DNA of 64,000 nt, taken from an uncultured delta proteobacterium. GTDB lineage: Bacteria > Myxococcota_A > Polyangia > Palsa-1104. The stretch is from assembly GCA_963785725.1 (NCBI GenBank), contig CAWAWS010000004.1, positions 64,001 through 128,000 on the forward strand, given 5' to 3'. Within the stretch, counting starts at the first letter, position 1. Every line of letters begins with the position of its first letter. The translations under genes were made by a program, and so were the position numbers. Of the stretch, positions 56,441-64,000 are shown in pieces. The notes under the pieces are model-generated. The model saw only the letters and a list, made by a program, of their open reading frames with translations. It did no database searches and had not been told where the DNA came from.

Positions 56441-57036
56441 TTCGTAAGCTCCTGCTGACTCAATATAGGCTCGAGACGAATGAAGAACTGTGCGGGCAGG
56501 CCGAGCGGCACCTCGGTCGCGCGCAGCCCCGCCGCCTCCGCCGCCGCCAACAGCGGACGACGATAGAGCATCCGATTGCTGACGGCGATGAATCCGTCCG
56601 GCGTCAGCGCTTGGGCGAGCTTGCGCAAGTAGGCCACACGATCCGGTAACAGATGATCGACTTCCGCCACAAGGATTCGGTTGTACCGATGCGGCTCGAG
56701 TTGCGGATCGTCGGCCGCGACCTGGCGCGTCTCGACGGTGGGCGACTTGGGGATGGCCCCGAGCGCGTCGCCGTCGATGTCGAGCGCCACGACGTGGCCG
56801 CGCGCACCGACTGCGGCGGCGAGCCGCGTCGTGAAAAATCCGCGCCCGGCGCCGACGTCCGCGACGCGCATGCCGGGCCGCAGCGAAAGGGACGCAACGA
56901 TCTTCGCCGGCTGCCGATACGTCTCGTACTGAGCGGCTTCGACGGCCGCTTGATCGAGCGGCACGGCGACGGCACTGCCCGCTGCGGCCAGGCCCGAAGC
57001 GACGATGGAAGCGCATATGACTGCGGCGACGCGCAC
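56437..57036 (-). CDS. Class I SAM methyltransferase with signal-like N-terminus
   Basis: LRPGMRVADVGAGRG, VVALDID; stop overlaps the downstream ATG (ATGA). Confidence 0.8.
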   Translation of the reverse strand: MRVAAVICASIVASGLAAAGSAVAVPLDQAAVEAAQYETYRQPAKIVASLSLRPGMRVADVGAGRGFFTTRLAAAVGARGHVVALDIDGDALGAIPKSPTVETRQVAADDPQLEPHRYNRILVAEVDHLLPDRVAYLRKLAQALTPDGFIAVSNRMLYRRPLLAAAEAAGLRATEVPLGLPAQFFIRLEPILSQQELTK

Positions 57037-57112
57037 GATGACGAGTGAAAGCGTAGCACCGCTCGCGGCCGCGGCATTGACCGTCGTTCGACGACAGGGG
57101 TATGGTCGTAAC

Positions 57113-58132
57113 ATGCGGGCTCTGTGCGCAGCGACGGTAGTGCTACTCCTGAGCGGCGCCGCGACGGCGGCGGGCACGAAGCCGAAGCTGGCCGCGCTCA
57201 TCCTCAAGACCGGCACGGTCGACGAGGATCTGGCCGACAACTTGACCGAGGTGCTCATCGGTCGTTTGGCGCGGCGCGGCGACCACGAAATCGCCGGCAA
57301 AGAGGAGCTCAAGAGCAAGCTCGGCGTCGACGATCACGCGGCCGCGGAGTGCATGCAGAACTTGGGCTGCCTCGGTCGTGCGGGCACGGAGCTGGGCGTG
57401 ACGACGATGGTCGTGGGCACGCTGGGCAAGCGCGGCGTCGACTACTTGTACAACCTCAACTTGATCGACATCTCGACGGGGCAAGTGCAGAACCGTGTCT
57501 TCGAGCTCGTCGCCGGCGGCAAGCAGGACCAGCTCATCGCGGCCGTGCAGTCGACGGCGGACAAGCTGTTCCTGCCCAAGATCGAGCCGGGCGCGCTGCG
57601 GGTGACGTCGGAGACGCGGGGCGCGATGGTCTATCTCGACGAGGCGTTCGTGGGCTCGACGCCGATGCGCCGCGAAGGCATCGAGCCGGGCATGCACGCC
57701 CTGCGCGTCGAGAAGGATGGGCACCTCGGCTGGACCAAAGAAGTGGAAGTGCCGGCGGGGGCGACGATGGAGATCAAGGTGCCGCTGACGGCGCTGCCCG
57801 AGCGTAAACGCTGGCCGGGCGCCTTCGCGGCGTCGTGCGCCGTGGTCGGCGGCTTGGCGGGCGTGGCCGGCATCGTGCTCGAGGCGCTGGCGCGCCAATC
57901 GTCGACGGGCGGCACGCGCGCCGAGGCGATCGACGACGCCAGCCTGCGCCATCGTGAGTCGATCCTCGGCATCGGCTTTTTGACGGCGACGGCGGCGTTG
58001 GCGACGACGGCGGCGGTGTTGCTGATCGTCTATCGCCACGACATCTTCGGCACCACGCCGCGACAAGAGAAGGCGACGAAACAGCACGTCTCGATCGGAC
58101 CCGGCGGCGCCGGCATCGAGGTGCGCTGGTGA
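57113..58132 (+). CDS. PEGA-domain protein
   Basis: Signal peptide; GAMVYLDEAFVGSTP..PGMHALRVEKDG; C-terminal TMs. Confidence 0.85.
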   Translation: MRALCAATVVLLLSGAATAAGTKPKLAALILKTGTVDEDLADNLTEVLIGRLARRGDHEIAGKEELKSKLGVDDHAAAECMQNLGCLGRAGTELGVTTMVVGTLGKRGVDYLYNLNLIDISTGQVQNRVFELVAGGKQDQLIAAVQSTADKLFLPKIEPGALRVTSETRGAMVYLDEAFVGSTPMRREGIEPGMHALRVEKDGHLGWTKEVEVPAGATMEIKVPLTALPERKRWPGAFAASCAVVGGLAGVAGIVLEALARQSSTGGTRAEAIDDASLRHRESILGIGFLTATAALATTAAVLLIVYRHDIFGTTPRQEKATKQHVSIGPGGAGIEVRW

Positions 58133-59724
58133 TGCGTCGTAATGCCGCGTCGCTGTTGCTGTTGGCGTTGACCTTCGCCGTCGGCTGCATCGACGATCGC
58201 GCGAAGGTCGCCAACGCCGTCTTCTTCTGCACGCCGTCGTCGCGCACGGCCGATGCCGACTGCGGCGAAGGCTTCTTCTGTTACGGCGAGACGCAGTCCG
58301 TCGGCGGATCGATCTGCGTGCCGCGCTGCGGGCCGGGCGTGAGCCGCGTCTGCGATGGCGTGTGCACGTCCGCCGGCGCCTGTCTCACCGGCTGCATCGT
58401 GCCCGCTCCCGGCAAGCCCGATCCGTGCCCGTCGCCGCTCTTGTGCCGGCGCACGACCGATTCACCGATCACCTCCGCCAGCGGCAACGACGGTGTCTGC
58501 TTGCCGCTGAGCTCGACGTGCGCGGTCTCGTCCGACTGCTCGCAGGGCGTCTTCAACGAGTGCACCAGCGACGTCGACGGCGCGCTGCAAGGCCCACGCT
58601 TGTTGACGAGCGGCGAGTTCTGCGTGCAGGGCCAATGCTCGGAGCTCGGCATCGCCTGCGAGCCCGGCTCGGCCTGCATCCGCGACATCTTGCCGAGCAC
58701 GATCCCGGCGCCCGACATCTGCTCGCCGCTGTGCTCGTCGTCGCGCAGCGCCACCGATGGCGGCGCCTTCAACGAGTGCTTGCCCGGCATGACCTGCTTG
58801 TCGGACGCGTTCCCGCAGATCGACGCGCCCGCCTGCGCGCCCGGCTTCGCCAACTGGCTGTGCGTCGACGACATCGGCTGCACCGCCGGCAAGTGCTACG
58901 ACTGGAAGGACGTTTCGCCGGTATTCGCCGGCTTCAAGACCTGCGCCGCCGACTGCAAGACCGACGACGACTGCCTGCCGTACGATCGCGGCGGCAACCC
59001 CAACTCCAGCTCGCGCAACACGTGTCACGACGGCGTGTGCCGCAACTTGCAGAGCTACTACTTCCCGCTCACCTGCCTGCGCGCCGGCGATCGCTGCCAG
59101 ATTGACTTCGATCCCAATCCGCTCACGTGCATGCAGCTCTCGAGCGCGACCCCGGTCGACATGGGCGATCCGACGGCCATCGCCTGCGGCGGCGGCGATC
59201 CGACGGCGATGGGCTTGGGCGCGTTCGGCGGCTCGGCGCTCACCTGCACGCGCAAATGCAGCGACACGAGCGGCTGCCAGGACATCGCCACCAAGCTGCA
59301 CGTGCCGATGTCGTGCCCGCCGGCGCCGGCGGCGACGCCGAACGCCGATCGGTTCTGCCTGCCGATCGTGCCCTACAAGACCGCGTGCGCGGCCGACGGC
59401 GACTGCTTCGGCAACCTGCGCTGCCTGCCCGATCTCGACGAGCCGGGCTCGCCCAACGTCTGCACCCTCGGCTGCATGACGTCCGACGACTGCGCCAACG
59501 AGCCGACGCTGGGCTCGACCTTCACGTGCACGGGCGGCGAGTGCGTGCCCAAGATCCCCGCCGGCTGCGCGGCGACGAACGCCGACAGCTGCATCAGCGG
59601 CCAAATCGCCGGCGGCAGCTGCGTCAGCCCGCTCGACTGGGCCTGCACGACCGACGCGCAGTGCGCCAGCGGCCATTGCCTCCTCTTCGACGGCACGTCG
59701 CCCGCTTTCGGGCGCTGCGAGTGA
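58132..59724 (+). CDS. Large Cys-rich lipoprotein
   Basis: AVGC lipobox; repeated CxxDxDC modules. Confidence 0.85.
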   Translation: MRRNAASLLLLALTFAVGCIDDRAKVANAVFFCTPSSRTADADCGEGFFCYGETQSVGGSICVPRCGPGVSRVCDGVCTSAGACLTGCIVPAPGKPDPCPSPLLCRRTTDSPITSASGNDGVCLPLSSTCAVSSDCSQGVFNECTSDVDGALQGPRLLTSGEFCVQGQCSELGIACEPGSACIRDILPSTIPAPDICSPLCSSSRSATDGGAFNECLPGMTCLSDAFPQIDAPACAPGFANWLCVDDIGCTAGKCYDWKDVSPVFAGFKTCAADCKTDDDCLPYDRGGNPNSSSRNTCHDGVCRNLQSYYFPLTCLRAGDRCQIDFDPNPLTCMQLSSATPVDMGDPTAIACGGGDPTAMGLGAFGGSALTCTRKCSDTSGCQDIATKLHVPMSCPPAPAATPNADRFCLPIVPYKTACAADGDCFGNLRCLPDLDEPGSPNVCTLGCMTSDDCANEPTLGSTFTCTGGECVPKIPAGCAATNADSCISGQIAGGSCVSPLDWACTTDAQCASGHCLLFDGTSPAFGRCE

Positions 59725-59744
59725 CCCATGATATGCTGCGGCCC

Positions 59745-61592
59745 GTGGCGGAGAGTATGGAAGCCGATCCGTTGATCGGTCGCCTGGTCGGGCAGAAGTT
59801 CCGCATCGATCGGCTGCTCGGCGCGGGCGCCATGGGTCGCGTCTACTTGGCCGAGCAGACCAACCTCGGCAAACAGGTGGCGCTGAAGGTGCTGCATAAC
59901 GCCATGGCCGGCGACGCGCAGCTGGCCAAGCGCTTCTATCGCGAAGCCAAGTCGGCCTCGATGCTGTCGCACCCGAACATCCTGCAGATCATCGATTTCG
60001 GTGACGATAGCGGGCTGCTCTACATCGCGATGGAGCTGCTGACGGGGCGCGACCTCTATCACGTCATCAAGGCCGAGTGGCCGTTCTCGATGGAGCGCAT
60101 CGGTCACATCGGCGGACAGATCTTGGGCGCGCTCGACGAGGCGCACGCCAAAGGCGTCGTCCACCGCGATCTGAAGCCCGAGAACGTCATGCTGCTCGAC
60201 CTGCGCGGCGAGAGCGACTTCGTCAAAGTGTGCGACTTCGGCATCGCCAAGATCGCCTCCGAGCGCGACGGCGAAGGCTCGGCGATCACCATGGCCGGCA
60301 TGGTCTGCGGCACGCCCGAGTACATGTCGCCGGAGCAGGCGCGCGGCGACGCGCTCGACGGGCGCAGCGATCTGTACGCGGCCGCGGTGATTTTGTACCA
60401 AATGGTCGTGAGCGACGTGCCGTTCCGCGCGGAGTCGGCGCTCGGCGTCATTACGAAGCATTTGATCGAAGAGCCGACGCCACCGTCGAAGCGGCGGGTG
60501 AATTCGGGCATGCCGCAGGCGCTCGAGCAGCTGATCATGCGCGGGCTGTCGAAGCGCAAAGAAGATCGCTTCGCGACGGCGGCGGAGATGAAGGCAGCGC
60601 TGTTGGAGGCGGTCGGCTTGCGACGGCCGTCGAGCGGAATGGGGACGGCGGGCAATTCGGCGCCGCTCGAGCTGGCGATGGCGACGACGGGCGTGGCGAC
60701 GCCGGTGGCGACGCCGGCGCTGGTGGGGCTGACGTCGCCGGCGACGATGATGGCGCCGACGGCCGCGGCCGCGCCGATGACGACGCCGGCACCGCAGTCG
60801 CCGGCGAGCGCGCCGTCGGGTGGGTCGCTGCACGGCGAGATGGCGGCGGCGACACCGCCGGCGGGCAGTCGGCGGCGCGGTATCATCGTCGGCACGTTGG
60901 CGGCGGCGGCGGCGCTGGGCTCGGTGGTCTACGTCGTCGTCGGGCGGCCGACGGCGCCGATGGTCGCGGCGGCGACGAGCGGCGACGATCCGCATCGGGC
61001 AGCGTCGGCAGCGAGCGCGGCGAGCCCGCCGGCGATGCCATCGGTCGCGCCGAATCCGCCGCCGGCGCCGTCCACGACGAGCGCGGGCGCGGCGAACCCG
61101 CCGGCGCCGCCTCCGCCGGCGCTGGCGAATGCGATGGCGGGCGCGAGTTCAGCGCGCGCCGCGGCGATCGATCCGGCGCCTGCGAGCGTCGAGCCGGCGG
61201 CGCGCACGGCGCACAAGCGCGACAAGCCGCACCTCGCCGCGCATGGCGCAGCCGCGGCCGTCGCTGCGGTGGCGGCGCCGGCGAAGCCGCCGGTCACGCC
61301 GACGCCGCCCGCGGTGTCGTCGGGCACGGCGCCGGCGGCGCATTCGTTCGCGGGCGTCTTCGCCGATGGTGAAGCCGCCTTCCGCAGCGGCGACATCGAT
61401 GGCGCGCTGGCGCATTACCTCGACGCGGCCAAGATGAACCCGGGCGACGCGCGGACGCAGCGGCAGATCGGCAAATGCTACAACCGGCTGGGCCAGCGCG
61501 ATCGCGCCGAGCCCTACTTTCGGCGCTATTTGCAGCTGGCGCCGGACGCGTCGGACGCGGCCTTCATTCGCGCCGATCTCGACGGCAAATAG
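59745..61592 (+). CDS. Ser/Thr protein kinase with TM and TPR
   Basis: [30 protein letters not shown]. Confidence 0.93.
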   Translation: MAESMEADPLIGRLVGQKFRIDRLLGAGAMGRVYLAEQTNLGKQVALKVLHNAMAGDAQLAKRFYREAKSASMLSHPNILQIIDFGDDSGLLYIAMELLTGRDLYHVIKAEWPFSMERIGHIGGQILGALDEAHAKGVVHRDLKPENVMLLDLRGESDFVKVCDFGIAKIASERDGEGSAITMAGMVCGTPEYMSPEQARGDALDGRSDLYAAAVILYQMVVSDVPFRAESALGVITKHLIEEPTPPSKRRVNSGMPQALEQLIMRGLSKRKEDRFATAAEMKAALLEAVGLRRPSSGMGTAGNSAPLELAMATTGVATPVATPALVGLTSPATMMAPTAAAAPMTTPAPQSPASAPSGGSLHGEMAAATPPAGSRRRGIIVGTLAAAAALGSVVYVVVGRPTAPMVAAATSGDDPHRAASAASAASPPAMPSVAPNPPPAPSTTSAGAANPPAPPPPALANAMAGASSARAAAIDPAPASVEPAARTAHKRDKPHLAAHGAAAAVAAVAAPAKPPVTPTPPAVSSGTAPAAHSFAGVFADGEAAFRSGDIDGALAHYLDAAKMNPGDARTQRQIGKCYNRLGQRDRAEPYFRRYLQLAPDASDAAFIRADLDGK

Positions 61593-61630
61593 CGCCTGCG
61601 TCGACTTCGCTCAGTCGCTGAACAGCGTCG

Positions 61631-62015
61631 CTAGTACGGATCTTCGCCGGCCGCGGCGCGCCCGAGCAGCTCCTCGAGTCGCTTGCGATTGGCCTCGTCG
61701 ATCTCGACGATCTTGATGCCGAAGCCCATCGGAAAGCGCTCGGACTCCGGCCCGCCCGGCTCGACGACGCGCACGACGACCGCGCGGAAATCGACCGCCC
61801 GATCGAAGTCGTACAGCTCGATGCTGCAGCGCCGAGCCGATCGAGAACGGATAGAGGTGCCCGACCTTCGTGTACAAAAAGAGCCCGCCTTGCGACAGAT
61901 CGCGCGTGCGAAAGACGTACTCGCGCGCAATGTCGTCGCCGCCGATGACGCGCACGAAGGCGTCGATGGCGATGCGCTGGAACTGGCGGTCCGGTCCACC
62001 CGGCCTCTGTGCCAT
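61631..62015 (-). CDS. PilZ-domain protein; frameshift near 61830
   Basis: RQFQR, DLSQGGLF, then GFGIKI in the adjacent frame. Confidence 0.8.
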
Positions 62016-62066
62016 GCCTCCACGTTAGCACGCGCCGCCCGCCCGTCGATGTGCTAGAACCGCGCC

Positions 62067-62804
62067 ATGGGGTTGATGGACCTGTTTGGCGGCGGCAAAG
62101 GCCGCCTCCACAAGCACGTCGCGCGAGCCAAGAACAAGGACGCGCAATCGGCCGATCGCTTCGCGTCGCTCGAGGCGCTGCGCGACGACGGCGGCATCGA
62201 GGCGATCGAAGGCTTGCTCGGCCGTTTCACGATTCGCTACGACAAATCGATCGAAGACGAGCAGGAAAAGCAGTGGGTCTTCGACGAGTTGGTGAAGCTG
62301 GGGCCGAAGGTGCTGCAGCCGCTGCAGGAGCATCTGCGCCGCGCCGAATCGATCGCCTACGGCTTGAAGGTGCTGCACGAAATCGTGCCCGCCGACGAAG
62401 CCCTGCCCGTGCTGACCGACTTATGCGCGCGCAACGACAACACCTACACGCGCGATCCGTCGAAGAAGATTCAGCTTCTGCACTATCTCGGCGATCACGA
62501 CGACATCCGTTACGGCAAGCTGCTCGTGCCTTATCTCGTCGACGTCGATGAAGGCGTGCGCTTCGTGACGGTCGAAGGCCTCTTGCACCACAAGGACGCC
62601 GAGGCCGCGCGCGAGCCGCTCTTGCAGACGCTGTTGAACGAAAAAGAGGAGTCGCGGCGCATCAAACGGCGCATCGTCGACGGCTTCGCCGATCTCGGCT
62701 GGGACGCCAAGGGCTTCTCCGGCAGCGTCGAGAAGCTGCTCGAGGATCTGCTGCCCGGCGCGCGGCTCGACAACCACGGCAAGATCAAGCGCAAACAGGC
62801 TTAG
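62067..62804 (+). CDS. HEAT-repeat protein
   Basis: YLVDVDEGVRFVTVEGL; helical composition. Confidence 0.7.
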   Translation: MGLMDLFGGGKGRLHKHVARAKNKDAQSADRFASLEALRDDGGIEAIEGLLGRFTIRYDKSIEDEQEKQWVFDELVKLGPKVLQPLQEHLRRAESIAYGLKVLHEIVPADEALPVLTDLCARNDNTYTRDPSKKIQLLHYLGDHDDIRYGKLLVPYLVDVDEGVRFVTVEGLLHHKDAEAAREPLLQTLLNEKEESRRIKRRIVDGFADLGWDAKGFSGSVEKLLEDLLPGARLDNHGKIKRKQA

Positions 62805-62808
62805 CGTC

Positions 62809-63372
62809 ATGACGCCCGGCTGGTGGCTATTCGCGCCCTGGGTGGCCTTCAGCTTGTGGTGGGGCGTTCGCCTCATCGCCAACGAGCGCGTCGCCGAGAA
62901 GGAATCGTTCGGCTCGCGCGTCGTCTACATGGTTCCGTTCGTGACCGCGGTGTGGCTGTTGTGCTCGCCGCGCCCGCTCGGTCCGCTCGATCTGCAGCTG
63001 TGGCCGCGCACGCCGGCGATCGAATGGCTCGGCTTCTTCGTCGAGTGGGCCGGCGTCATCTTCGCCATCGTCGCCCGCGAGACGCTGGGCAAGCTGTGGT
63101 CGGGCGCCGTGACGCTCAAGGAGGGCCACCGCATCATTCGCCGCGGCCCCTACGCGCTCGTGCGACACCCGATTTACACGGGAATTCTCACGGGTTTCGT
63201 GGGCGCGATGATCGCGCACGGCCAGCTGCGCGCGCTCTTGGCCCTGCTCCTGGCAGGCGCCTGCTTCCAGCGCAAGATTCAGCTGGAGGAGCGCCTTTTA
63301 GTCGGCCATTTCGGGGACGAATACCGGGACTATCGCCGGCAGGTTCGGGCTTTGATCCCGTTCATTCTATGA
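62809..63372 (+). CDS. Isoprenylcysteine carboxylmethyltransferase (ICMT/PEMT) family
   Basis: GPYALVRHPIY, EERLL..FGDEY. Confidence 0.9.
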   Translation: MTPGWWLFAPWVAFSLWWGVRLIANERVAEKESFGSRVVYMVPFVTAVWLLCSPRPLGPLDLQLWPRTPAIEWLGFFVEWAGVIFAIVARETLGKLWSGAVTLKEGHRIIRRGPYALVRHPIYTGILTGFVGAMIAHGQLRALLALLLAGACFQRKIQLEERLLVGHFGDEYRDYRRQVRALIPFIL

Positions 63373-63389
63373 CATAGTGCGCACCGGAA

Positions 63390-64000
<611 letters not shown>

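Overview
High-GC, gene-dense bacterial DNA that looks like Myxococcota/Polyangia: MYXO-CTERM metalloprotease, DUF4388, PilZ, PEGA and Cys-rich lipoproteins, Hanks kinases and four sigma54 enhancer-binding proteins (EBPs). Several genes, including housekeeping carB, carry small frameshifts, which most likely means an unpolished assembly rather than pseudogenes. The left ~47 kb is a stress/regulatory neighbourhood. It holds two inverted copies of a divergent EBP / RpoH-like sigma module, DUF883 and YtxH proteins, FtsH, DegP, TamAB and TreZ, plus 16 well-positioned sigma54 -24/-12 motifs. The right part has housekeeping genes (argS, hemJ, HU, uppP, carB), an orphan Tad trio, an MCP-less Che cluster and kinase/surface-protein genes. 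Most notable observations: (1) a lipoprotein gene (55895-56440, minus) split by an in-frame TGA, followed 11 nt later by a 17-nt SECIS-like hairpin, a candidate new selenoprotein; (2) a sigma54 to sigma32-like twin cascade; (3) apparent leaderless mRNAs behind both sigma54 and TANNNT promoters; (4) a dispersed hairpin element that seeds 21-bp tandem arrays; (5) a 159-bp MITE. All family calls come from reading motifs by eye; no database search was run.
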